A stretch of DNA of 64,000 nt. It comes from a virus. Shown here in pieces: positions 1 to 9,240 of the stretch; position 1 is the first letter of the stretch, and the number at the start of each line of letters is the position of its first letter. Where the stretch lies: positions 7,298-71,297 of IMG/VR virus record IMGVR_UViG_3300048088_000530; one strand, written 5' to 3'. Both the position numbers and the translations under genes were made by a program. Under the pieces are notes generated by a model that was not told where the DNA came from, did not search any database, and saw only the letters and a list, made by a program, of their open reading frames with translations.

Positions 1-1419
1 TACAAGGTATTGTACGGCGGTCGCGGCTCGTCCAAGTCCCACGATGCCGCTGGCCACGCGGTGTTCCTCGCGGCCAACTACACGGTCAAGATACTCTGCG
101 CCCGACAATTCCAGAACCGCATCAGCGAGTCCGTATACACGCTGATCAAGGACAAGATCAACGCTTCGCCGTATCGTAACGAATTTGAGATTCTAAAGAC
201 GTCCATTCGTCACCGGCGAACCGGGTCTGAGTTTTTGTTCTACGGTATCGCGCGCAACCTGGAAGAAATTAAGTCAACGGAAGGCGTGGACATTCTCTGG
301 CTGGAAGAAGCGCACTATTTGAACCAAGAGCAGTGGGAAGTTATTGAGCCGACGATCCGTAAAGAAGGCGCGCAGGTTTGGCTGATCTTTAACCCGGATG
401 AGTACACTGACTTTGTGTACCAGAATTTCGTCGTCAATCCGCCAGCCGATACGGTCAGCCGCGAGATTAACTGGCAAGACAATCCTTACCTCTCGATCAC
501 CATGCTGAAGGTGATCTACAACTATTACAAGCGCGAGCCGGAAAGCGCAAGGCACGTGTACGGCGGCGAACCGAAGATGGGCGCGGACAAGTCGATCATC
601 CCACTCAAGTACATAATAGCGGCTGTGGACGCCCACCTGCCGAAGTACGGTTGGCAGAACGTACCGGAAGGGCTCACTGGGCTTGATCTGGTCAAGTGGA
701 AGGTAGAGCACCTAAACAATCCGAAGTTCCACGTATGCGTGTGGCCTGGCTGGGATATGGGCGGCGTGCACGCGGTTGGATATGACGTAGCCGATGACGG
801 CGACGACAAGAACGCGTTGGTGGAGTCGTGGGGCAATATCGTTCTGCACGCTGAAGAGTGGCAGGGACTAGAAGACCAGATCATCAAATCGGCCACGAAG
901 GTCTACAACCACGCGGTAACGACCAACTCACAGATCGTCTGGGACTCCATCGGCGTCGGCGCGTTCGTCGGCTCTAAGTTCGCTGAGCTCAACGACGCCC
1001 AGAAGCGCAAGATCATTTACGAGCCGTTCAACGCTGGCGGCGCGGTGATGGATCCAAAGGGCGCGTACATGGTCTTTCCGCACGTGACGATCACTAACGG
1101 CGAGCACTTCTCGAACATTAAAGCGCAGATGTGGGATGAGGTTGCGGTGCGCTTTCGGAAGACCTATGAGGCGATTACTTTCGGAACGCCGCACCCGAAG
1201 CACGAGTTGATTAGTCTGAACTCGAAGACGCTTGGGAATATGGTGGACAAGATCAAGATGGAACTCGCCGCGCCTCACAAATCGACAGACCGTATGGGCA
1301 AGTTCAAGGTGGAGAGTAAAGACGACTTGAGGGACCGTGGTATCAAGTCGCCTAACGTTGCGGATGCTTTAATTATGTCCCTGATCCGCCCGAAGCGTGC
1401 TGCTGCGACTTTCTTTTGA
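1..1419 (+). CDS. terL: Terminase large subunit (PBSX-type), 5' end outside window
   Basis: Walker A YGGRGSSKS, Walker B ILWLEEA, motif III IFNP, nuclease GYDVAD and C-terminal KSPNVADAL; frame open from base 1. Confidence 0.95.
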   Translation, partial: YKVLYGGRGSSKSHDAAGHAVFLAANYTVKILCARQFQNRISESVYTLIKDKINASPYRNEFEILKTSIRHRRTGSEFLFYGIARNLEEIKSTEGVDILWLEEAHYLNQEQWEVIEPTIRKEGAQVWLIFNPDEYTDFVYQNFVVNPPADTVSREINWQDNPYLSITMLKVIYNYYKREPESARHVYGGEPKMGADKSIIPLKYIIAAVDAHLPKYGWQNVPEGLTGLDLVKWKVEHLNNPKFHVCVWPGWDMGGVHAVGYDVADDGDDKNALVESWGNIVLHAEEWQGLEDQIIKSATKVYNHAVTTNSQIVWDSIGVGAFVGSKFAELNDAQKRKIIYEPFNAGGAVMDPKGAYMVFPHVTITNGEHFSNIKAQMWDEVAVRFRKTYEAITFGTPHPKHELISLNSKTLGNMVDKIKMELAAPHKSTDRMGKFKVESKDDLRDRGIKSPNVADALIMSLIRPKRAAATFF

Positions 1420-1549
1420 CGTTTGGATCGTCGTCAATCTTCACTACACAGTCAATCTTTCCTGTATGGTCCAGGAATAGCTTGACTGTGGCGATGAGAC
1501 CGATGGCCGTTGTTACGCTCTCCTGAATGAATTGCTGGGACGCGGACAC
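1373..1549 (-). CDS. Small hypothetical protein (58 aa, MSASQQFIQE...), overlaps terL 3' end
   Basis: Translated by hand; GTG start preceded by AAGGAG; below ORF-track cutoff. Confidence 0.45.
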   Translation of the reverse strand: MSASQQFIQESVTTAIGLIATVKLFLDHTGKIDCVVKIDDDPNVKRKSQQHASGGSGT

Positions 1550-1554
1550 GGTTA

Positions 1555-1713
1555 CTACTCCTTAGCGGGTGGGGTTGGCGGTTGATCTGGGGAAGTGATG
1601 AAGCCGATGAATAGAACCACCAGCCAGAAAATGGCAGCTGCTGTCTTTACGTCGCTCGCGTTGGAGCAGAAGAAGACGAGACAGATGAAGACAAGACACG
1701 CTGCGAATTCCAT
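1555..1713 (-). CDS. Small membrane protein (2 hydrophobic segments)
   Basis: MEFAACLVFICLVFF... with GGAGG RBS upstream of ATG at 1713. Confidence 0.6.
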   Translation of the reverse strand: MEFAACLVFICLVFFCSNASDVKTAAAIFWLVVLFIGFITSPDQPPTPPAKE

Positions 1714-1778
1714 GCAGCCTCCAAGCAGTGGTACACCAAGAATTGTACTATTAATCCTTGGTGTACCATTCGGCAGAC

Positions 1779-2018
1779 TCAGGTGTTCGAGACCCAAATA
1801 ATTGCGAGAGCCACGATGAGTCCGGCAAGCGCTAATCCCCAGCGACCGGCCTGGGCGGCGCGTTGCGCGTCTTCCCAAACGTCACGCCGGATAGTAACGA
1901 ACGGCGACTTGTCACGCGGCGTATCCACGAACGGGACGCCTTTGATGGTGCCCTTCGGCGGCGGAACGTCGCGCGGCGACTCGTGCTTCAGAAAACCATC
2001 CCAGACACGGCGCGTCAT
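1779..2018 (-). CDS. Hypothetical protein with C-terminal TM helix
   Basis: MTRRVWDG...; ATGA overlap with upstream gene. Confidence 0.6.
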   Translation of the reverse strand: MTRRVWDGFLKHESPRDVPPPKGTIKGVPFVDTPRDKSPFVTIRRDVWEDAQRAAQAGRWGLALAGLIVALAIIWVSNT

Positions 2019-2233
2019 AGCTTGATCCTCAGTGCGCGCTCCTTCTCCTTGTCGCGTTTCGGCAGCGGTGCCCATGCGATGAAGTGATCGCGCGTTGCGT
2101 TGGTAATCGAACCCAGGACGGCAACGCCGCCTTGATTCAGAAGGATACACTTAACACCAGGTCGCAGAGCGGACATGTCATAGTCATACTCGCTGACGGC
2201 TGCGGTGATGTACGTCTTCGCCTGATCCTTCAC
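2015..2233 (-). CDS. Hypothetical protein
   Basis: 72-aa ORF with 4-nt overlaps to both neighbours. Confidence 0.65.
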   Translation of the reverse strand: MKDQAKTYITAAVSEYDYDMSALRPGVKCILLNQGGVAVLGSITNATRDHFIAWAPLPKRDKEKERALRIKL

Positions 2234-2619
2234 TTCGCAACTTCCTTCGTGGCGCGACCGGCTTCCATGATCGGCAGACCGGCTTCGGTCGGCACGTAGA
2301 TGATCTGGTTCTTGGTGTCCTGCAGCGTCTGGATGTACAGATAGCGCAGATATCCTTCGGGACCGCCAAGGCCGTCAGCGACGATCTTGTTTGCCGCAGC
2401 AACGCCGCGAGCGCGGATGACTTCGGCGTTGGCCAAGTGCTGCGCGGACTCTTCAGCCGCGATGGCTTCTTGGACCTTGACCTGCTTCGACGCGTTGGCC
2501 TTTGCCAGTTCCGCTTCGCCGTCCATCTTCTGCTGGTACACGTGGTACGGCGGATACATGTCGCAGCCGGACATTGCGAAGGTGGACATTACTGCAACTG
2601 CGATCAGAATACGTTTCAT
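2230..2619 (-). CDS. Lipoprotein resembling the C-terminal coiled-coil part of SPFH/band-7 proteins
   Basis: Signal peptide with lipobox-like MSGC; AEVIRARGVAAANKIV...YLRYLYIQ...IIYVPTEAGLPIMEA; AAGGAG RBS. Confidence 0.7.
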   Translation of the reverse strand: MKRILIAVAVMSTFAMSGCDMYPPYHVYQQKMDGEAELAKANASKQVKVQEAIAAEESAQHLANAEVIRARGVAAANKIVADGLGGPEGYLRYLYIQTLQDTKNQIIYVPTEAGLPIMEAGRATKEVAK

Positions 2620-2635
2620 TCGTACTACTCCTTAG

Positions 2636-3208
2636 TTAGCGCGGGCGTACCGCTGGTGAATTTGCGCCGCTTTCTTCGGCGTGCTTAGGATCGTACCTGC
2701 CCATGATGTAGTCAGGGCGACGCTGGTCTGGCTGTGGGCACGCGGCGATGATGCGCCACCCGTTGTCCAGTTCCGTCTGGAGCGCGTCGCTGCACATATC
2801 CTGGAGAAGCATCACGCGGTTGAAGAGCATCAGGCCCATACCGGGCGTGTACACTTCGACCTTCTCGTTGAACATGTTGTTGGTCACGTCCGGCACCGAA
2901 CTGGCGAAGCGCGCGACCTTCTCTGCTGCCGCGTTTATGACTTCAGCCGCGCGCATCAGCGTGTCTTCCGATACCCTGATGGAAGACGAAACGGTCACCG
3001 ATTCTCCACTCGTCATAAGGTCTGCCAGCTGACCTTCTGTGATGGCGATAGGGATGGCCCTGGTCAGGTCTTCAACGTCCACGTCGATGCCGACTTTCGC
3101 AAGAACGGCTCGACGCCTCTCAACCTTCGCAATCCGCTCGCGATCTTTCTTTTCTTCGTCATCGCCCCAGATGTAGATTGAATCCAGCTGCGCGTTAAGA
3201 ATTCTCAT
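2636..3208 (-). CDS. Hypothetical phage protein
   Basis: 190-aa ORF in minus-strand operon; C-terminal LDNGWRIIAACPQPDQRRPDYIMGR. Confidence 0.7.
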   Translation of the reverse strand: MRILNAQLDSIYIWGDDEEKKDRERIAKVERRRAVLAKVGIDVDVEDLTRAIPIAITEGQLADLMTSGESVTVSSSIRVSEDTLMRAAEVINAAAEKVARFASSVPDVTNNMFNEKVEVYTPGMGLMLFNRVMLLQDMCSDALQTELDNGWRIIAACPQPDQRRPDYIMGRYDPKHAEESGANSPAVRPR

Positions 3209-3210
3209 GA

Positions 3211-3981
3211 TTAGTCATCCAAACGTTTGATGATTTCGATTTTCTGGCCGTCGATATATCCGGCAGTCCGTGCGCGTTCGTTCTCCACCTGCGACTCGTA
3301 ATCAGCAACGGATGAACTCTTGCTCTTTTTCGTGTATTCTACGTCACCGAACTTCTCGTTGACAGCAGCAGTCTTGACGACGACCAGCGCGTTGCCAGAA
3401 GAGTAGGTGAGCGCTTCACGCGCTTCCGTCATTTCACGGAACTTGGCGCAGAGAACTCGCGCGGCAGCGGCCTTATATTCGCCGCCGATCCGAACGCTGT
3501 AACGGCCAGGATAGTTCTCCTGCATGTACTTCTTGCAGAGCGCGTCGATGTTTGCGCAAAGGTTGTCGAACATCATCTTGGCCAGTTCAACGTCGCGCTT
3601 GTATCCGCGAAAGACGGCCTTCTTGCCAAACTTCTTCGTCCGTCCACCGCCAAGTTTGTCGTTTTGATTCTGCTTGGACTCCATCTTGTAGTCCATCCGC
3701 GCCTCATAGAAAACCGACTGGCAATCGTTGTACGCTGCGACCGCGACAGAAAGTATGTCCATGTGGTACGGCATCGCGGCGAAGGCCCGCGTTACATCGA
3801 CCTCACCGAAGACGTCAGGCGCGGCGTCCTTGATGTCGTATTCGTCCAGCTGGTACTTGTCCATCATAGCGCGAGCGCGCTGGGCTGCAATCGCCGCCTC
3901 ATTGGGGCTGGATGCGTCCTTGGCCATCGAGAGAAGCTTGGCGATGCGCTCTTTGATCTTGTCTAACTGTTCGCGTTCCAC
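3211..3981 (-). CDS. DUF2786-domain protein
   Basis: N-terminal KIKERIAKLLSMAKD..SPNEAAIAAQRARAMMDKY typical of DUF2786; AAAGGA RBS. Confidence 0.85.
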   Translation of the reverse strand: MEREQLDKIKERIAKLLSMAKDASSPNEAAIAAQRARAMMDKYQLDEYDIKDAAPDVFGEVDVTRAFAAMPYHMDILSVAVAAYNDCQSVFYEARMDYKMESKQNQNDKLGGGRTKKFGKKAVFRGYKRDVELAKMMFDNLCANIDALCKKYMQENYPGRYSVRIGGEYKAAAARVLCAKFREMTEAREALTYSSGNALVVVKTAAVNEKFGDVEYTKKSKSSSVADYESQVENERARTAGYIDGQKIEIIKRLDD

Positions 3982-4038
3982 TTTCTATTCCTTTCTGAGT
4001 CCGTATCAGGCGCGACTATTCTGCCGCGCCTCAATGAC

Positions 4039-4962
4039 TTAACCAAAGAAGTTATCAGCGCAGATCGGGCCAATGCCGCGCTCAATCGAATCCGGGTCCG
4101 TCAAGGTCCGCGAGCAGATCGAGCAAACGCCGAATTCCTTCCCGAACGCGATGGCCGCTTGTTCCGGGTCGGCGCACGCGGCGAGAACGGCCTTTGCGCG
4201 GTCTTCGCTGCAGTCGTATGACTTCTGGAACTTGTCGTTGGCGATCTTGCCCAGATACGTGCCTTCGTCGTCCTTGACGTAGACTGCACCCGCGTTTTTG
4301 CCTGTGTCCGGTGCGCGGGAGAACGTCAGCTTTTGGCCAAGGCCCAGCAGCTTCATCTTCGGCTTCTGAACACCCTTGCTACGGGCACGAGCGAACGACG
4401 CCGTAACAGACGAGATATTGACGACCGGCGCGGCTGCAACATCAGCGGCGCGCTGGGTTTCCTTCGCCGTCTTCGCCGCGCTGAATTTCTCTGCGCAACG
4501 TAGCGCCGCAGCGAGTTGGCCAGCGGTCAGGTTTCCGTACTGCATGACCTTTTCGCGCAGATCAATGGCGAACGGAAAGGTGCTGCCGGTCCACCACACA
4601 GACACTGTCGGGTTGTCGCGTTCGAACTCTGCGAGGTTGGCGGCGCGCTTCGCTTCCTTCCGGTTCGCGGCCTTGATCTTGTTCGCGTCGCGGACGGCCT
4701 TCGGCGTCTTGAAGGTGAGAACGCCCTTGCCATCGCATTGGTAGCACTTCCCGGCTTCGCGGAAAGCGTACGCGCCGATGTAGCCTTGGCCACGGCATTT
4801 CGAGCAAGGCTCGCTATAGAGCGTTTCGGCGCGGTCGGTCGGCTCGCGCTTCTCAAACTTCTTGTTCTTCGGCATCTTTGCGAGTTCAGCGGCGCTGGGG
4901 ACGTATCCCAGATCGTCGTCCTGGAAGTCTTCGAAACCGGTGTTGGACGTAGCGAGGTTCAT
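4039..4962 (-). CDS. Zinc-finger protein with C-terminal DUF6011
   Basis: CxxCxGxG repeats near N-terminus; CSICSRTLTDPDSIERGIGPICA at C-terminus. Confidence 0.8.
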   Translation of the reverse strand: MNLATSNTGFEDFQDDDLGYVPSAAELAKMPKNKKFEKREPTDRAETLYSEPCSKCRGQGYIGAYAFREAGKCYQCDGKGVLTFKTPKAVRDANKIKAANRKEAKRAANLAEFERDNPTVSVWWTGSTFPFAIDLREKVMQYGNLTAGQLAAALRCAEKFSAAKTAKETQRAADVAAAPVVNISSVTASFARARSKGVQKPKMKLLGLGQKLTFSRAPDTGKNAGAVYVKDDEGTYLGKIANDKFQKSYDCSEDRAKAVLAACADPEQAAIAFGKEFGVCSICSRTLTDPDSIERGIGPICADNFFG

Positions 4963-4975
4963 GGCGTTTAGCTCC
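4960..4975 (-). repeat. 16-bp RBS+start cassette GGAGCTAAACGCCATG (copy 1 of 4)
   Basis: Identical copies at 4960-4975, 5250-5265, 63620-63635, 63893-63908. Confidence 0.9.
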
Positions 4976-5018
4976 TTTGGTTATCTTAGTTGCCGCGAAT
5001 AAACGCGGTGCAGGTCAC

Positions 5019-5252
5019 TTAAGCGCGGCCAGATTCGCGCGGATTCTTTCCGTTTTTGTCAAACAAAAAAATCTTCCCTTCGGCGACGCAGAAGAGTGGG
5101 AATCCTTCGGCCCAGACCGACTCGACGCGCGATGCCTTCGTTTTCGGAGCGATCTTACCGAACGACTCGATTGCCGATTTCAATTGATCGGCCTTCATCT
5201 GAAGAATGTTGTACAGCATGTACGTATCACCAGCGATTTCGTAAGTCTTCAT
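5019..5252 (-). CDS. Hypothetical early protein
   Basis: 77-aa ORF starting at a copy of the 16-bp repeat. Confidence 0.7.
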   Translation of the reverse strand: MKTYEIAGDTYMLYNILQMKADQLKSAIESFGKIAPKTKASRVESVWAEGFPLFCVAEGKIFLFDKNGKNPRESGRA

Positions 5253-5296
5253 GGCGTTTAGCTCCGTTCAGTCAGTTATTCGTACAACGTGAGAGA

Positions 5297-5334
5297 ATCT
5301 TAACCTGAGAGTAATCCGCCAGGCAAGCACTTTT
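5297..5334 (-). promoter_or_regulatory. Sigma70-like early promoter
   Basis: AAAAGTGC-TTGCCT-N18-TAAGAT; similar copy at 63671-63708. Confidence 0.7.
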
Positions 5335-5385
5335 GCGTCACTTTTGTGAACTTTCTGAATATCTTTTGATAATCATGGACTTACG

Positions 5386-7824
5386 ATGGCGACACCTACA
5401 CTAGATGTCGTTAAGATACGCGCGATACAGCCATCTATTCTCCTTTCCGTCCATATGATCCCAGCCTTCCTCCGCAAGCTACTTGGCCGCGCTACCGTAG
5501 CGCCTGCCACGAACCCAGAGCCTAAGAAGGAAGCGCTGGCCGTCGATCCGCTCGACCCGATCAAGAAGCGAAAGGATTGGCAAGACCACGCGCCGGTCTT
5601 CAAGATTCGTGGCGTCAGCGACTTCGCCGTTGACGATTCGTACGCTGGTGACACTCCCGTCACGACCGTCAAGGCCATCGGTGACGCCGCGCTCAAGCTG
5701 AAGGAGCAGGGCGCGATCATGGATGACGGCGACGGCAGCGGAACGGGCATGCTCAAGTTGGGCGGTCAGTCTGAGTACACCGTGCCGTTCGGGCTGCAGG
5801 CGTGGTACATGTCCCAGTCGTTCATCGGATATCAGGCGTGCGCGATCATCGCCCAGCATTGGCTTGTTGACAAAGCCTGCTCTATGGCCGGTGAAGATGC
5901 CGCGCGAAACGGCTGGGTGGTGAAGGCGCGCGGCGGCGATGATTTGGATGACGACGCGCACGACCGGATTCTGGAAGCCGACAAAGCGTTCAAAGTCAAA
6001 GAGAACCTGATTGAGCTCAACCGGTTCAAGAACATTTTCGGCATCCGCGTCGCCATCTTCAAGGTCGATTCCGAAGACCCGCTTTATTACACGAAGCCGT
6101 TCAACATCGACGGCATCACGCCGGGTTCGTATCAGGGCATCTCACAGGTCGATCCGTACTGGATGACGCCGGTGATGAGCACGAAGGGCACCAGCGATCC
6201 TTCTGCCATCGGCTTCTATGATCCTGAATACTGGGTCATCAGCGGAAAGAAGTACCACAAGAGCCACCTGTGCATCGTGCGCGGTCCGCAACCTGCCGAC
6301 ATTCTGAAGCCGACATACATTTTCGGTGGCGTTCCGCTCACCCAGCGCATCTATGAGCGTGTGTATGCTGCTGAGCGTACCGCGAACGAAGCGCCTTTGA
6401 TGGCAATGTCTAAGCGCACGATGGCCATCCACGCCGATCTGGACAAGGTCATGGCGGACCAGGAAGGATTCGAGCAGCGCTTGCTGACGTGGATTCGTTA
6501 CCGCGATAACCACGGCGTCAAGGTGCTTGGTAAGGAAGAAGCGCTTGAGCAGTTCGACACCAATATGTCGGACTTCGATTCGATCATCATGAACCAGTAT
6601 CAGCTGGTCGCGGCCATCGCACGTACGCCTGCCACGAAGCTGCTGGGAACGTCACCGAAGGGCTTTAACGCCACCGGTGAGTTCGAAATGAAGAGCTATC
6701 ACGAAGAACTCGAATCAATCCAAGAGCACACGATGATGCCGCTGCTCACGCGGCATTATGATATCCTTTGCCGTAGCGAAGAGATTGACACTGAAGTCGA
6801 AGTCGTCTGCAACCCGGTTGACTCGATGACGGCGAAGGAGCGTGCTGAGCTCAACGATTTGAAAGCGAAGACCGGCACCGAACTGATCAACAACGGCGCG
6901 CTGTCGCCTGACGAAGAGCGCAACCGCATTCGCGACGACGAGCATAGCGGATACAACCGCCTGCAGGACGAAGACGCTGAAACTGATCCGGGCATGTCCC
7001 CTGAGAACGTCGCCGCGCTGCAGAAGTCTGGCGCTCAGCAGGAAGAAGCACAGGCAGGTGCGGTGATGGCCAAGCCTGGCGAGCCGGGAAGCGGGACGAC
7101 GCCTGGCAACGAAGAAGGCGCTGAATCGGACACATTAGAACTGGGTCAAGCGAATCCTGGCGGGACTCTGCAGGCGTTGATTCCGACGATCCTGCACGGT
7201 CTGGTGTCGCGAAAGAACGGACCGGCCATTGATCCGACTCAGATTCTTATTCTTGCCATCGCTCAGCAGATTCTGGGCCAGCAAACGCAGCAGGCTGGGT
7301 CCGCGATCCAAGGGACGAAGCCAAGCACCCAGCGGACGGCAAAAGGCAGCGTAACGCCTTCTAGCCAACGCGCTGGTGACGCTCGCGTTGTCGGCGTCAT
7401 GCCGCACCAGAAGCTGCCGAAGATGCGCTTGAACGGCCTGAACATCGTCATCGAAAATCCGCGCGGCACCGTTCGCGAAGGGATGAACATGGACGGCACA
7501 GACTGGTCCGTTGAGATGCCTGACCACTATGGGTTCATCAAGGGCTTCGAAGGCGCGGACGGCGATGAAGTGGATTGCTTCATCGGACCAAATGCGCGGT
7601 CGATGGACGTGTTCGTTATCTCGCAGAACGACTCTGAAGGTGCGTTCGATGAGTACAAGTGCATGATCGGTTACGACGACGAAGAAGCTGCGGTGAAGGC
7701 ATACCACGCGGCTCACGACGAAACCTTCAAGGGTTATGACTCGTGCGTGAAGATGTCCATGGACGACTTCAAGAACTGGCTGGAAGCCGGTGACTGCGCG
7801 AACGCTCCGACGACTGCCGAATAA
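5386..7824 (+). CDS. Portal protein (DUF1073 family) with C-terminal inorganic-pyrophosphatase-like domain; start may be ATG 5455
   Basis: FIGYQACAIIAQHWLVDKAC, TPATKLLGTSPKGFNATGE; C-terminal IENPRGTVREG...HYGFIKG..GADGDEVDCFIG...FDEYKCMIG. Confidence 0.9.
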   Translation: MATPTLDVVKIRAIQPSILLSVHMIPAFLRKLLGRATVAPATNPEPKKEALAVDPLDPIKKRKDWQDHAPVFKIRGVSDFAVDDSYAGDTPVTTVKAIGDAALKLKEQGAIMDDGDGSGTGMLKLGGQSEYTVPFGLQAWYMSQSFIGYQACAIIAQHWLVDKACSMAGEDAARNGWVVKARGGDDLDDDAHDRILEADKAFKVKENLIELNRFKNIFGIRVAIFKVDSEDPLYYTKPFNIDGITPGSYQGISQVDPYWMTPVMSTKGTSDPSAIGFYDPEYWVISGKKYHKSHLCIVRGPQPADILKPTYIFGGVPLTQRIYERVYAAERTANEAPLMAMSKRTMAIHADLDKVMADQEGFEQRLLTWIRYRDNHGVKVLGKEEALEQFDTNMSDFDSIIMNQYQLVAAIARTPATKLLGTSPKGFNATGEFEMKSYHEELESIQEHTMMPLLTRHYDILCRSEEIDTEVEVVCNPVDSMTAKERAELNDLKAKTGTELINNGALSPDEERNRIRDDEHSGYNRLQDEDAETDPGMSPENVAALQKSGAQQEEAQAGAVMAKPGEPGSGTTPGNEEGAESDTLELGQANPGGTLQALIPTILHGLVSRKNGPAIDPTQILILAIAQQILGQQTQQAGSAIQGTKPSTQRTAKGSVTPSSQRAGDARVVGVMPHQKLPKMRLNGLNIVIENPRGTVREGMNMDGTDWSVEMPDHYGFIKGFEGADGDEVDCFIGPNARSMDVFVISQNDSEGAFDEYKCMIGYDDEEAAVKAYHAAHDETFKGYDSCVKMSMDDFKNWLEAGDCANAPTTAE

Positions 7825-8681
7825 TGGCCTTTAAAGCATCCAAGAAGCGCGAACGCCGCGCGCCGGAACCGGTGGGCAAGGGCAAGCCGCTGATTCCCAG
7901 CGCGGCTATCCGTTCGTGGTACCAATCAAAAATGGATGCGCTCGCCGCAGCCATGATCGCTGACTACCGAAAAGAGATAAGCGAGGCATTGGCACACCCG
8001 GAAGTCGAAGCATTCTACACGGCGGATGCTGCTGATTCAGTCTTCCAGCGCGTCATGCGCCGGTTGAACAAGAAGTGGATGGAAGTCTACAACGGCTTTG
8101 CTGCGAAGTACGCTCCAGAGTTCGTTGAGAAAGTCGATGATCACGCAAAGTCGTCCACGTGGTTCAGTCTTTCTGCGGCTGGCGTAAAAGAGCCGCGTAT
8201 GACCTATAATACTAACATCGCCGCGACCCTTGGCGCATCACAGGACTTCAATCATACACTGATCACGAACGTCCAGAAGGAAGTGCACGAAAAGATTTAT
8301 TCTGCCGTGATGCTTTCTCTCACTTCACCAAACCCGGAAGAACAGGGCGCATCGGGAATCCAGAACGCGCTCAAAGAGGTCGGCAAGTTCTCGAAGAACA
8401 GAATTGAACTCATAGCGCGCGACCAGACCAGCAAATTATATAGCTCGCTTTCAGACGAGCGCATGAAAGATAATGGGTGCTTCCACTTCGAATGGCTTCA
8501 TTCATCCGCAGGGAAAGTGCCACGACAAACGCACGTCGATAAGGACGGCAAAGTATTCTCACTTAACGATCCGCGTTTGTGGGAAGGCCCGAAGGCAGAC
8601 CAAGGGCCACCAGGTTGGGCCATTAACTGCCGCTGCCGCAAGGTGCCGGTGATCGGGTATCACGACGAAGAGAATGACTGA
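7824..8681 (+). CDS. Minor head (MuF/SPP1 gp7-like) protein
   Basis: IARDQTSK, PRQTH, PPGWAINCRC motifs; follows portal. Confidence 0.9.
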   Translation: MAFKASKKRERRAPEPVGKGKPLIPSAAIRSWYQSKMDALAAAMIADYRKEISEALAHPEVEAFYTADAADSVFQRVMRRLNKKWMEVYNGFAAKYAPEFVEKVDDHAKSSTWFSLSAAGVKEPRMTYNTNIAATLGASQDFNHTLITNVQKEVHEKIYSAVMLSLTSPNPEEQGASGIQNALKEVGKFSKNRIELIARDQTSKLYSSLSDERMKDNGCFHFEWLHSSAGKVPRQTHVDKDGKVFSLNDPRLWEGPKADQGPPGWAINCRCRKVPVIGYHDEEND

Positions 8682-8719
8682 CCTAGTGGTATTGACCAAC
8701 TCAATCGGAGTCCTATGAA

Positions 8720-8866
8720 ATGGAACAGACAGTCCAGACGTATCCGCGAAGCCTCATCCGTGAAGGTTTGATTAACACAATCGAGTTCGTGGAAAGTTTG
8801 CCGCTGCTCAGACCGCGATGGGCCGCTTTTGACGTCGCTATCGTCGTGCTGATGTTCTGGTGCTAA
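8720..8866 (+). CDS. Small hypothetical protein (48 aa), hydrophobic C-terminus
   Basis: Translated by hand MEQTVQTYPR...VVLMFWC; GGAG upstream. Confidence 0.4.
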   Translation: MEQTVQTYPRSLIREGLINTIEFVESLPLLRPRWAAFDVAIVVLMFWC

Positions 8867-8880
8867 GCCGCGATCCTTAA

Positions 8881-9100
8881 CCCAACTGCGCCCAACTTTA
8901 GAATCTCCAGCCGCGACAAGTACTTAACATCGCATAGTTGGAAATTGTCGAGTTGTGCGCAGTTTTCAAACCATCTATACCTCTTTAATCTATCTATACC
9001 TTTCTAGACTTATACAATTACTCAACTATCCAACTTAAGGTGTTAGAAGCCTTGCGCGGCGGTACTTTCGCGAGTTGGCCTAACCAGTTGGGCGCGGCTG
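8881..9100. repeat. Nested inverted-repeat, iteron-like non-coding region (candidate replication origin)
   Basis: GCGCCCAACT/AGTTGGGCGC outer arms, CGCGACAAGTAC/GTACTTTCGCG inner arms, AGTTG/CAACT repeats around an AT- and pyrimidine-rich core. Confidence 0.55.
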
Positions 9101-9240
9101 AGTCGATGAAACGCTCAACTATCAGTGAAGTCATATACAGAGGATGACTAACACTAAGAAATCCGAATCAATGTAGTACTGTCGGACACTGCACCGATAC
9201 ATAATACACGCGAACGCATACACATTGCACAGACCCTCGA

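Noticed and set aside
1447-1490. Hairpin CACAGTCAA/TTGACTGTG after terL
   Set aside because: Lies within a plausible small minus-strand ORF and lacks a U-tract; cannot support an ncRNA or terminator call
5386-7000. Acb1 anti-CBASS label often attached to DUF1073 proteins
   Set aside because: No HxT/HxT 2H-phosphodiesterase domain visible; the fused domain here is pyrophosphatase-like
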